In this document: positions 51,578 through 62,995 of the stretch, in pieces
How positions within the stretch are numbered: the first letter of the stretch is position 1
Layout: each line of letters begins with the position of its first letter
Assembly (NCBI RefSeq): GCF_963921235.1
Contig: NC_086108.1
Span: 56,236,001 to 56,300,000 of the forward strand
Reading direction: 5' to 3'
Origin: Mobula hypostoma
Taxonomy: Eukaryota
Length of the DNA: 64,000 nt
Notes under the pieces: model-generated
The model's database searches: none
Told to the model about the DNA's origin: nothing
Seen by the model: the letters and a program-made list of their open reading frames with translations, nothing else
Program-made: the position numbers and the translations under genes

Positions 51578-52029
51578 AAATATTAAAATAATACTAAATA
51601 TAAAACTTGTACAGTAAACATGCTGTTTGGCATCAGTAGTGATCAATATTTCAGGGGCCATTTGATGCCTACCTCCCTTGCTTTTATAAATTGGATTCTC
51701 ACCCACCTGTAAGATGTTGCTCACTCTTAGATTCAATTTTGTTCCCTTCCCTTGCCTCTTCTTATAAGTAAAGAAGGTAGGAGAATTATATTTGAAGGAA
51801 GGATTAATCCAGTTTCCATATGTGCAACTAAAAAGCATTTATTTTAAAACAACCTTTGATCCTATACTTGATATCTAGAAGTGGCCCATTTTGAATTTGA
51901 TGTTAATAAAATATAGAAGTAAATATCTTGGGAATTTCTGGCATAGTTCCAATTGCCAGCATAGTGATAGATACTCCCAGGCAAAGCACCATCAAAGAAA
52001 TTGGTAAGAAATAAAAATCATGAGAGAAC

Positions 52030-53270
52030 TTTCAGAATCAGGTTTATCATTACTCTTATATGATGTGAAATCTGTTTTTTGTAGCAGCAGTACAATCCAA
52101 AGGTATAAAATGACTATAAATTACAAAATAAATAATGCATCAAAAAAAGGAAAAGTGAGTTAGTGTTTATAGACCATTCAGAAAGCTAAACAATGTTTGT
52201 TGTCTCTATACCCTCCGCTAAGTCGTTTTGCAGCAGCAGAATAGTGCAAAGGGTAGGTAGTGCAAAACAAAGAATAACAAGATGGTGTTCATGGACCATT
52301 TGGAAATCTGATGGCAGAGGGGAAGAAACTGTTACTAAATTGTTGAGTGTGCTTTCAGGCTCCTGTACCTCCCCGCCAATGGTAGGGTAATGAAAAGAGG
52401 CCATGTTCTAGATAGTGAGTGTCCTTAATGATGGATGATGCCTTCTTGAGGCTCCCCCTTTGGAAGCTATCCTTGGTGGTGGGGTTGTGCTCATGATGGA
52501 ACTGTCTGAGTCATAACCCTCTACAGCCTTGCAATCCTGTGCATTGGAGTCTCCAAACCAAGCAGTGATACAACCAGTCAGAATTCTCTCCACCGTACAG
52601 TTATAGAATTTTGTAAGAGTCTTTGCTGACATTCCAAATCTAATCAAACTCCTAATGAAGTAGACCACTAGCGTGCCTTCTTCATGATTTATCAGTTGCT
52701 GTGCCCAGGATAGATCTTCTGAGATACTGACACCCAGGAACCTGAAACTGCTCACCCTTTCCACCACTGATCACTTGACGATGACTCGTGACTTCCCCTG
52801 ACTTCCCCATCCTGAAGTCCACAATCAGTTCTTTGATCTTACTCACATTGAGTGCAAGATTGTTGAAACAGTACTCAACCAGATGACCTGTCTCGCTCCT
52901 TACAGCAACTCATTGAAATCTGAGGTTTTACCATTAACAGTGGTGTCATTTATGGATGCCATTTAAATTGTGCTTAGTCACGTGGACAAGAGTGTAGAGA
53001 GAGTAGACTAGTGGGCTAAGCATGCACCTTTGAGGTGCACCAGGCTTGATTGTCAGCATGGAGGAGCAATTATCAGTGATCTGGACTGACTGATCTCCCA
53101 ATGATATCAAGGACCCAGTGGCTGAGGGAAGTACAGAAGCCCATGTTGAGATATTTGGTGACTAATTATGAGGGGAAATGGTATTTAACTGATGAACAGC
53201 AGCCTGCTGTCAACTAGGCACTTCAAAGCAGAGTGAAGACCCAGTGAGATTGCATCCACTGTAGACTGGA
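52030..53270 (-). mobile_element. Decayed Rex1/Babar-like LINE
   Basis: ORF 52408..52767 VERVSSFRFLGVSISEDLSW..FY.CTVE.ILTGCITAW; minus-strand gattctga tail at ~52035. Confidence 0.85.
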
Positions 53271-53312
53271 GTTCAAGATTTGCATCAGTACAGTTTCGAG
53301 TGTGTGTGTATT

Positions 53313-56215
53313 GAAACATAGAAAACCTACAGCACAATACAGGCCCTTCAGCCCACAATGCTGTGCCGATCATGTACTTACTTTAGAAATTACCTAGGGT
53401 TACCCATAGCCTGCAATTTTTCTGAGCTCCATGTACCTATCCAGAAGTCTCTTAAAAGACCCTATCGTATCCGCCTCCACCACCATCGCCAGCAGCCCAT
53501 TCCAGGCACTCACCACTCTCTATGAGTAAAAAACTTACCCCTGACATCTCTTCTGTACCTTCTTCCAAGAACCTTAATACTGTGCCCTCACATGTTAGCC
53601 ATTTCAGCCCTGAGAAAAAGCCTTTGACTATCCACACGATCGATGCCTCTCATCATCTTATACACCTCTATCAGGTCACCTCTCATCCTCTGGTGCTCCA
53701 ATGAGAAAAGGTTGAGTTCGCTCAAACTATTCTCATAAGGCATGTTCCCCAATCCAGGCAACATCCTTATAAATCTCCTCTGCACCCTCTCTATGGTTTC
53801 CACATCCTTCTTGTAGTGAGGTGACCAGAACTGAACACAGTACTCCAAGTGGGGTCTGACCAGGATCCTATATTGCTATAACATTACCTCTCAGCTCTTG
53901 AACTCAATCCCACAGTTGATGAAGGCCAATGCACCGTATGCCTTCTTAATCATGCAATCAACCTGCACAGCAGCTTTGAGTGTCCTATGGACTAGGACCC
54001 CAAGATCCCTCTGATCCTCCGCACTGTTAAGAGTCTTACCATTAATACTATATACTGCCATCATACTTGACCTACCAAAATGAACCACCTCACCTCAATC
54101 TGCCACTTCTCAGCCCAGTTTTGCATCCTATCGATGTCCCATAGTAACCTCCACACTATCCACAACACCCCCAACCTTTGTGTCATCAGCAAATTTACTA
54201 ACCCATCCCTCCACTTCCTCATCCAGGTCATTTATAAAAATCACAAAGAGAAGGGGTCCCAGAACAGATCCCTGAGGCACACTACTGGTCACCGACCTCT
54301 ATGCAGAATATGACCCATCTACAACCACCCTTTGCCTTCTGTGAGCAAGCCAATTCTGAATCCATAAAGCAAGATCTCCTTGGATACCATGCCTCCTTAC
54401 TTTCTCAATAAACTTTTCATGGGGTACCTTATCAAATGCCTTGCTGAAATCCATATACACTACATCTACTGCTCTACCTTCATCAATCTGTTTAGTAACA
54501 TCCTCAAAATGTTCAATCAGGCTCATAAGGCACGACCTGCCTTTGACAAAGAAAACCTGACTATTCCTAACCATATTATGCCTCTCCAAATGTTCATAAA
54601 TCCTGCCTCCCAGGATCTTTTCCATTAACTTACCAACCATTGAAGTAAGATCCACTGGTCTATAATTTCCTGGGCTATCTCTACTCCCTTTCTTGAATAA
54701 GGGAACAACATCTGCAACCCTCCAATCCTCCAGAACCTCTCCCATCCCCATTGATGATGCAATGATCATTGCCAGAGGCTCAGCAATCTCCTCCCTCACC
54801 TCCCACAGTAGCCTAGGGTACATCACATCCCATCGCAGAGACTTATCTAACTTGATGCTTTCCAAAAGCTCCAGCACATCTTTTTTTGATGTCTATATGC
54901 TCAAGCTTTTCAATCCACTGTAAGTTATCCCTACAACCACCAAGATCCTATTCCGTAGTGAATACTGAAGTAAAGTATTCATTAAGTATCTCTGCTATCC
55001 CCTCCAGTTCCATACACACTTTTCCACTGTCACACTTGACTGGTCCTATTCTCTCAAATCTTATCCTCTTGCTCTTCACATACTTGTAGAATGCCTTGGG
55101 GTTTTCCTTAATCCTGCTTGCCAAAGCCTTCTCGTGGCCGCTTCTGGCTCTCCTAATTTTATTCTTAAGCTCCTTCCTGCTAGCCTTATAATCTTCTAGA
55201 TCTCTATCATTACCTAGTTTTTTTTAACCTTTCATAGGCTTTTCTTTTCTTCTTGTCTAGATTTTCAACAGCCTTTGTACACCAAGGTTCCTGTGCCCAA
55301 CCTTCCTTTCCCTGTCTCATTGGAATATACCTATGCAGAGCACCACGCAAATATCCCCTGAACATTTGCCACATCTCTGCCATGCATTTCCCTGAGAACA
55401 TCTGTTCCCAGTTTATGCTTCCAAGTTCCTGCCTGATAGCCTCATATTTTCCCTACTCCAATTAAATGTTTTCCTTACTTGTCTGTTCCTATCCTTCTCC
55501 AATGCTATGGTAAAGGAGATAGAATTTTGATCACTATCTCCAAAATGCTCTCCCACTGAGAGACCTGACACATGACCAGATTCATTTCCCAATACCAGAG
55601 CAAGTACTGCCTCTCCTCTTGTAGGTTTATCTACATCTTATGTCAAGGAACCTTCCTGAACACACCTAACAAACTCCGCCTCATCTAAACCCCTTGCTCT
55701 AGGGAGATGCCAATCAATATTTTGGAAGTTAAAATCTCCCACCACGACAACCCTGTTATTATTACACCTTTCCAGAAACTGTCTCCCTATCTGCTCCTCG
55801 ATGTCCCCGTTACTATTGGGTGGTCTATAAAAAGTACCATCCAGTAGAGTTATTGACCCCTTCCTGTTTCTAACTTCCACCCATGGCGACAATCCCTCCA
55901 TGACATCCTCGTTTTCTGTAGCCGTGACACTATCTCTGATCAGCAATGCCACGCCCCCACCTCTTTTGCCTCCCTCCCTGTCCTTTCTGAAACATCTAAA
56001 GCCTGGCACTCTAAGTAACCATTCCTTCCCCTGAGCTATCCAAGTCTCTGTAATGGCCACAACATCATTGCTCCAAGTACTGATCCACGCTCTAAGCTCC
56101 TCCGCTTTGTTCATCATGTTTCTAGCATCTCAAACCATTGGTCTGAGTGCATCCCTTCTCTATCACCTGCCTATCATCCCTCTCGCATTGTCTCCAAGGT
56201 TTCTCTATTTGTGAG
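53313..56215 (-). mobile_element. CR1 LINE with near-complete but disrupted ORF2
   Basis: APE endonuclease ORF 55638..56117 (AITETW, RKDR..GGGVALL, YRPP, GDFN); RT pieces 54299..54877, 53891..54088, 53588..53848; gaaacatagaaa tail at 53313. Confidence 0.96.
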
Positions 56216-57669
56216 GCAACAGAATGGGTATTATTCTTCTAAACCATTATGGCAAATCGTGCAGTTGCTTTACGATGCAGGAAAAGAGAATATTCGAATA
56301 GGAATGTACTGAAGCCAGTTCAAAGACAGAAAATCATTCAAAAACCCATTTGTCTTCATTTTCTTCCCCCCCCCCCACCTTGTGTGATCTCTTAAGCGAG
56401 CACAAATTGCACGGGCATGGACCACACCCCATTATCATGCTCAGGTGGGCCAAGTTGTTCTGTTGTGGTGAGATTACTGCTGTACTCATTAATTTGCTTC
56501 TCTGACTTTCACAGTTCATTTCCTCATCTCCCCCGCGCCCCCCCCCGCCAAAATTGTGAAGTCTGACTCTTTTTCCTCAAGTGAAATAGTTGTAGTATTG
56601 GCTATGGTCAACTAATATAGGATGGAATCGGTGTTGTGTACCACATATTAAGAAAACATAACGATATGCTTTCCTACAGTTACATGAAGAAAGACCTTTA
56701 AATGGTAGAAAAAAGATTTGAACCATGTCTTCATTTCTTAATTGCAATAACCCTAAAATTTGTTAACCATGAATACAACATGCAGAAAATGTATACTGTA
56801 GTTAGCTTAAAATCATGTCTAAATATTGAAATCAGTATTTTTAGATAAATTTATCAAAAATATTTTTCTATTGTACATAAATTTGTGTATCCAATACTGA
56901 ATATCATAAAATACTTAATTGAAGTGAAACACTTATATACTGTACATGAAATACTTATATACATTTAAGACAACACAATATTGTTTTCACTATTAGTTTT
57001 ATTTCCAGCTATGTTTTGAAACCAGTTTATAGTACAAAAAAATTGCAGGGAATAGCTAAAGGGAAAATGATAGAATTATTCTGTATTGTCTGTGACTCGT
57101 CAAACTATTGAGGGATTGAATTAAAATGCAGTGTTTTGTTAATCAGATCTAAATCTCCCCACAATACTGTAGCCCTATTGTCCTAGATTTTTATCCTAGA
57201 CTGCGGGTTGTCTACTTTCTTGTCACTGAGTATGGTGGCTGTTATGAGGAAACTAGGGAAGGATTGATATAGTTTAGTTCATAAAAACTAAAAGGATATG
57301 CATGTCACAAGATGTGATACGAAACCTTGCAGACCAAGGTTTGATCTGTAGCTGTATTATGTTCAGTGATGAGAAATGGACAACAGAAGGGATGCGTAAG
57401 TTAATCATGAAGCAGGTCATGATTCGTCTCCAACTAATAGCAAAGAACTGCCTTCAGATGAGAAAATGAGATTATTGTATGATGGTTGAGGTTAAAGAAA
57501 GTCTATTTGCTATAATATAAATAGAGTAAATGGTATTTTGTAAATGGAATTAAAGTCAAAATACTTTTTAAAGGAAAATGATTGATATAATGGAGAAAAA
57601 TGTAAATATAAGTAGTATGGAATGAACTGTATTTGAAAGATATTACACAAGACTGACAACAAAGCCTTG

Positions 57670-57950
57670 TTTAGATCTACCGACGATATAGCACAGAGTA
57701 GGCCCCTTGAGCTGTGCCATCTCAGCAGACCCAGCAGCCCCAATTTAACCCTAATCTAATCATGGGACAATTTACAATGACCAATTAATCTACCGTGTAC
57801 ATTTTGGACTGTGTGAGGAAACCCAAGCACCTGGGAAAAACTCACATGCTCCACAGGGGCGACATACAGATTCCTTACAGAGGATACTGGGATTTCACTC
57901 CAAACTCTGATGTTATAGCATTGCACGAACTGCTACGGTACCGTGGCATT
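57670..57950 (-). mobile_element. HE1-like SINE remnant
   Basis: gggacaatttacaatgaccaattaa..ttggactgtgtgaggaaacc.aagcacctgg, similar to 25130-25355. Confidence 0.6.
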
Positions 57951-59274
57951 CACCTCTGTGTAAAAATCAAATTGTATAAACTGAGCTTATGGGAAATCCT
58001 AGATATGTAATTAGATTGTAGATGGAAAACCTGAAAATTATGGTCCAAGTAGGAGAATTTCTTAGAAGACATCTTGAACCATTTACTTAATCAGCATATT
58101 GTATTCCAAGAAGGGAGGAACTAACTTGCTCCAATACTGGCTTAAGAATCATTTTGAGAAGAGAAGCCTGAAAGTAGCAGAACATGTGAAACTGATGACT
58201 GTAGCTGAAACAATTTCACACACCAGCAGATACTTAAATAAAGATTATAAGATGGTGCCAATGGACTTCAGAATCTTTTGTTCCAGTGGCATTTGAAAGA
58301 TAACCTCAACTAAGTTATCTTTAGTTAGAAAAAATATTTAAATAAGGTGTTGTTTAGCTGTATAGTGACCAGGGATAAAGCAGATTTGTTGAAAAATCTA
58401 TTATATGATCATGTAGCTGATACTTGTTTTCCTGCACATGACAGGTCGTATAGAAGGGATAAGATGGAGAAATGAAAATCCTGGTATATATTGGTACAAG
58501 TAACAGTTGATAAAAGAAAAAAATGAGCATGGGGAGAAAACTACTGCACAGGAAAATAAGGGTTTTATAAAGGAATAAGATTGGATAGAAATGAAAAGGA
58601 TGACTACTTGAGTGAGGAAATAGTGGAATGGGGGAAAGGTATTAAAAACTGACAATAAAATGTGAATGGAAAACAATATGAATGTTTCATATTTAAATAA
58701 TTAAACCACAATGGGTCAAAATCTTGTTTTTATTGGATATATTTAATTTGCTTTGCATTATTGAGATTCATAAAGTCATATAAAAGTTCAGTATTCAAAG
58801 GAACATGCTGTTTAAATTGATAATTAAAACTATGAATATTTATCTCGCTATTATACTGTTGAATGGCAAATGTTTGTGTGGATTTTAATTGGGATTCCAT
58901 AGGCACTTTTGCTAGATCTGGTCACTTTCTAAAATGATTTAAGTTCTCACAGTGGTCTGAATGAAAACGGTTTCAATAAATGTTTGCATGGTAACTAAAG
59001 AGAAGGTAAATAAAGCATGCATATTTTGGTTTAAAGACCTTGCACATGCATCACTGAAACTTATCACTGTTGAGAAAGGCAGATCATACATTGGACAAAA
59101 TTACATGTGATTTGAGTGCAAGAAGAAAGATGATTTTTGCTCTAATTATATAGAGTTATGGTGAAAATGTACCTGTAACATTGTTAATTGGACTGTTCTC
59201 ACTACATAATCAATGGTTATGGTTGAGGTTAGGATTGACTCATTTGAATTAAATAGTGTTCAGAAAAACAAAAG

Positions 59275-59990
59275 GCCATACAGCACAGAAACAGGTTTCA
59301 TCCCAATTCATTCACGTTGACCAACTAGTCCAATTAATCTGCATTTGGCCTATATTCCTCTACCCTCCCTATCCACTTACCTGTCCAAATGTATTGTGAT
59401 TAGACCTACTTCTACCACTTCCTCTGGAAGCTCATTTCACACCCAACATCCACCAACTGGGAAACTGCCTTCAGGTCCCCTTCCCATCTTACTTTAAAAA
59501 CATGCCTTTAGACTCCTCTAACCTAGGCATAGAGATTCTGGTCATCCACCTTATCTACGCCCATGATTAGTTTATAAAGCTCTCTGGCCAAGTGGTTAGG
59601 GTGTTGGGCTCATGATCTGAAGGTCCTGGGTTCGTCTCGGCCAAGGCAGCGTGTTGTGTCTTTGAGAAAGGCACTGAACCACACATTGCTCCACTCAGCT
59701 GAAAATGGGTACCGGCAAATGCCGGGGATTGACCTCGCGATAGACTGGCATCCTATCCGGGGGAGGGGGGAGTCTCGTACTCAGTCGCTTCACGCCACAG
59801 AAACCGGCATAAGCACCGGCCTGATGGGCCACAAGAATCGGAACAGACTTTAACCTTAAGTACACTCCCTCCTCAGTGTTCTTCCCTCCAGCCCCAGCCT
59901 AGCCACTCTTTCCTTCTAACTCAATTAAAATAAGAGCCTTGTGAATCTTTTCTGCATTGTTGCGAGCTGAATGACATCCTTCCTATACCA
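59275..59990 (-). mobile_element. Old CR1 3' remnant split by a SINE
   Basis: catacagcacagaaacagg tail and degenerate RT C-terminus on both sides of 59585-59858. Confidence 0.6.
59585..59858 (+). mobile_element. tRNA-derived SINE with a MetaSINE-like central domain
   Basis: A box TGGCCAAGTGG 59585-59595; B-box-like GGTTCG 59629-59634; body cctcgcgatagactggcatcctatcc..gtcgcttcacgccacagaaaccgg..taagc.ccggcctgatgggcc. Confidence 0.75.
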
Positions 59991-60877
59991 TGATCACCTC
60001 AAAATATGAGTGATCTCAGTAGCACTTCATATAGGGCTTGTGGGCCCTATTGTTTTCCTAACTCCAGGTGTCTGGAACCAGGCAAATCATTTTACAATAG
60101 TTTGAAGAATCGTCAATTTTGGAGACCTTAAACCAGACGACAATCCTTTGCCCAAATGGATGATTTGTACCTCTGTCAGTGAGGGGGTTTTGAAGTAATT
60201 CAGATTTTTTTTAAGAGAACCAAGCTAGAGTTAGTGCATTAGGTAGAAATGAGACTATAAAGTATTATCTTCATCCATAGTTGACAAGATTTGAATGACC
60301 TAATACTGCTTTCTTTTCTCATTCATATCCTCAAATATACACGAACGATTCAGAAACTATTTATTTCGGTAGTCTATAATGTTTTGTAAACCGTTGCATT
60401 ATAGGATTCACGAAATCAGGTGCAAGAAAAGTGCGGTAATCAGAGATTTTACCGTTCCCTTCTCACGTATGAACTATTTTTTGCATCGTGTTATGGATTC
60501 TTTTTATAACTCGAACAATTAGGTTCCCATTCCATTTTGAGGAAAGAAGAACGTTCTATCTTATGTATTCTTGCTGAAGGTGCCCGAAATTCAAAACGTT
60601 TTAGTTGCACGAGACTGTATGAAGCTTTGCATCCAGTTTGACGCCTAGTTGAGAGCCAAAGATCACCTGATTGCAAATTCCTAATTAGTAGCTTCCAAAT
60701 AACTCATCCGATGGTGAAATCTTCAAATGTTGCCTACCCCTGATTACACTGTGCAACACCCTAGCTACTAGTATCAAATATGCTTTATCCAGCCCGGCGC
60801 AGTTATCGGTGCTATTGATATGTGCGATTTTTGATTAGTTTCAATTACGCAATGACACTTTCAAATTTCAGCTCAAT

Positions 60878-60883
60878 TTTATT
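60878..60883 (-). terminator. INSL5: Candidate INSL5 polyadenylation signal AATAAA
   Basis: TTTATT on the + strand, ~200 nt downstream of the stop. Confidence 0.6.
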
Positions 60884-61084
60884 GTTATGTCAACATTTAA
60901 CAGAGAGCGCATTCTTGCACCCTAAAATGTTTCTTTTCCAATCGATTAACAGACGCCGTACACCGAATTTGCGTTGAACAACAATTATACAGTACTGTAT
61001 TTTGCATTTAAACACAAACAATGCTCCGATGGCTCCCAGGCCAAAGATACCCGTGGCAGCAATCGGATGCCGCTCCTCGGCGCT

Positions 61085-61311
61085 TCAGCAGAAAAAGCTG
61101 ATTTGCCTTTTGGTACAGCCCCTCCGACAGCAGAGATCGGCATGAGTTTGATTGAATAGACGCTTGTCCCGGGGTGCATTCTGGTAAACCGCCAACATGT
61201 CTTCCAAAAGGTCCCGTCTGTAACTCGAATCCTCTCCGCTGGATGATCCCAAACCTTGGGCGAGGAGCCGTTTTGAAAGGTGGAATCCCACGAACGGTGG
61301 TTTCTGATGCT
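61085..61311 (-). CDS. INSL5: Relaxin/insulin-like peptide exon 2: C-peptide and A chain (..APRDKR-LFNQTHADLCCRRGCTKRQISFFC*)
   Basis: A-chain motif CC-x3-C-x8-C at the C-terminus after a furin-type RDKR site. Acceptor gtgttttgttttgggtcaccaacAG|61311 is phase-1 compatible with exon 1. Confidence 0.92.
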
Positions 61312-61766
61312 CTGTTGGTGACCCAAAACAAAACACAACGTCTGAGATTCGCTCGCCAAAATATCTCTGCAGAAATTTTTATTCGTAAGTACAGTTTAAT
61401 CTGACCACCCAATTCAAACCGAAGGCAAGGACTTCGAAATTATATTTTAGTAATAAAGTGCAATTTTAATACATTAGATATTTACGAAGTACGATGATGC
61501 ATTATCATGCATATTGAAGAGTGGTGATTAAATTGCCACTCTTAATTTCTGTTATATTCCAAAACAAATGGAAGAAACCTTATTTTTAATATTCAGAAAG
61601 AAAACAAAGTTGGCCAATTACAACATCAAGTGCAAAAATTAGGTTCAAATGTAGCGAATGAATCAAACATTCTCTGGCGCAAACTATTAAAGCGGCTTCT
61701 CAGGAAAACTTTTTGAAACAGTTGGAACTAGGAGAGTTTTCGGCGGGACGGCGAACGCCAGCTCAC

Positions 61767-61941
61767 CCAGCATCTCGTTGGGTCCGGTTTCTCTCCGCCA
61801 GCGCGAAGCGCCGCACATGTAGACCACTGCCCGTATCAGGTCGCGGCCGCACAGCCTGAGCAGCGTCGGCTTTTCCGGGCTGACCCGGGAGACGGCGAGC
61901 AGCGCCAGTAAGGGCGGCAGCAGCAGCAGCGTAGACCGCAT
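61767..61941 (-). CDS. INSL5: Relaxin/insulin-like peptide exon 1: signal peptide and B chain (MRSTLLLLPPLLALLAVSRVSPEKPTLLRLCGRDLIRAVVYMCGASRW-RR-ETGPNEML)
   Basis: Hydrophobic leader; B-chain LCG-x10-C..SRW followed by RR; donor G|GTGAGC at 61766. Spliced CDS is 402 nt, 133 aa. The INSL5 label rests on the tail-to-tail position next to DYNLT5, as in human. Confidence 0.92.
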
Positions 61942-62022
61942 ACTCGTTCGTTCTAAGCAGCAGCAGTCGGGTAACAAGTGGCCAGCGGGAGGAAAGTCGC
62001 CTCATCAACTCAGGTGGCTGCT

Positions 62023-62030
62023 CTTTTATA
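62023..62030 (-). promoter_or_regulatory. INSL5: TATA box of INSL5 (TATAAAAG)
   Basis: Consensus TATAAAAG ~85 nt upstream of the ATG in a GC-rich context. Confidence 0.8.
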
Positions 62031-62299
62031 GCGAGATGCCGAGAGTCGATCCTCTCAGCCCGCCTCTCCACCCCACCCCTCTAGTGAAGGTGTTGATGAA
62101 GGCACTCGCAATACTAAAAGAAACAAGGTTGAGAACGAATTGGAGACCTGAAGGAATACAGTACAAAGGAGCGTAAGCGAGGCATTAAAAAGGTGGGGCG
62201 AATATAAACACACATTTTAACGTCCATAGTAATCTGTTATCGTAAGGTATGTGGAAAAATGTAAGGTAATATGGAATAAGAAAATATTTTGCAATACCT

Positions 62300-62470
62300 C
62301 CTTTCGACTTACACGGTTCTTACGGAAGATGGCAGCGAAACGTGAGTCCGAAGTTAGTTAGGGCTGCTCCTTCCCCGAGATTTCCAGAAACGGCGCAGCA
62401 ACAACCCGCGAGTCACGACTTGGTTCTGCCGTTCTCTGCATGCGGTTATTGGTTGCTACAAGGGAGAAGC
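62300..62470 (+). promoter_or_regulatory. Candidate divergent CpG-rich promoter and micro first exon (CGGAAG-ATGGCAGCGAAAC|GTGAGT)
   Basis: Overlapping ETS/YY1-like CGGAAGATGGC 62323-62333; ATG 62329 in good Kozak context; donor-like GTGAGT 62342-62347; CpG-rich. Confidence 0.4.
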
Positions 62471-62529
62471 AATGCAACTCTTAACTGTGGAGGGACTCGT
62501 CTGCTGGAGAAGGACTGAGAGAACGTAGA

Positions 62530-62995
62530 CTACTCTCTAAACGGGGAGAAAATTCAGAAATCAGAGGGACTTGGGAGCCCTCGTGCAGGATTCCCTAAAG
62601 ATTAACTTGCAGTTTGAGTCGGTGGTGAGGAAGGTAAATGCAATGATAGCATTCATTTTAAGAGGACTGGAATATAAAATCCAAGGGTGTAATGCTGAGA
62701 CTTTATAAATCATTGGTCACACTGCACTTAGAATATGAGCAGTTTTGTGACCCGCATCTAAGAAAGAATGTCCTGGCAAAGGGTTAAGAGGAGGTTCGCT
62801 AGAATGATCCCGAAATTGACAGGGTTAATGCAAGAGCGTTTGATGGTTCTGAGCCTGTACTTGCTGCAGTTTGAGAAGAATGTGTGGGGTACTCATTGAA
62901 ATCCATCCAATGTTGAAAAGCCTAGAGAGAGTGGATGTGAAGAGGATGTTCCAATTAGTGGGGGAGCCTTGGACCCAGTGGGCAAAGCCTCAGAA
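62530..62995 (+). mobile_element. Decayed CR1 fragment
   Basis: Collinear with 30180-30293 and 30985-31290. Confidence 0.85.

Noticed and set aside
51253..51838. ORFs 51253..51450, 51426..51617 and 51404..51838 as genes
   Set aside because: They overlap the true DYNLT5 last exon in other frames or on the other strand and have no recognisable motifs.
59585..59660. tRNA gene
   Set aside because: It has A/B-like boxes but no full cloverleaf and continues into a SINE body; the same holds for ~35740-35815.
61008..61412. 134-aa and 124-aa overlapping minus-strand ORFs, and an upstream acceptor at ~61367 (ttctgcag), as INSL5 exon 2
   Set aside because: Wrong frame: they do not yield the CC-x3-C-x8-C A chain. 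The 61311 acceptor does. An in-frame alternative near 61341 is possible but has a weaker pyrimidine tract.
61942..61977. N-terminal extension MLPDCCCLERTS of the 61687..61977 ORF
   Set aside because: It begins at a non-ATG codon in the 5'UTR; the ATG at 61941 directly starts the signal peptide.
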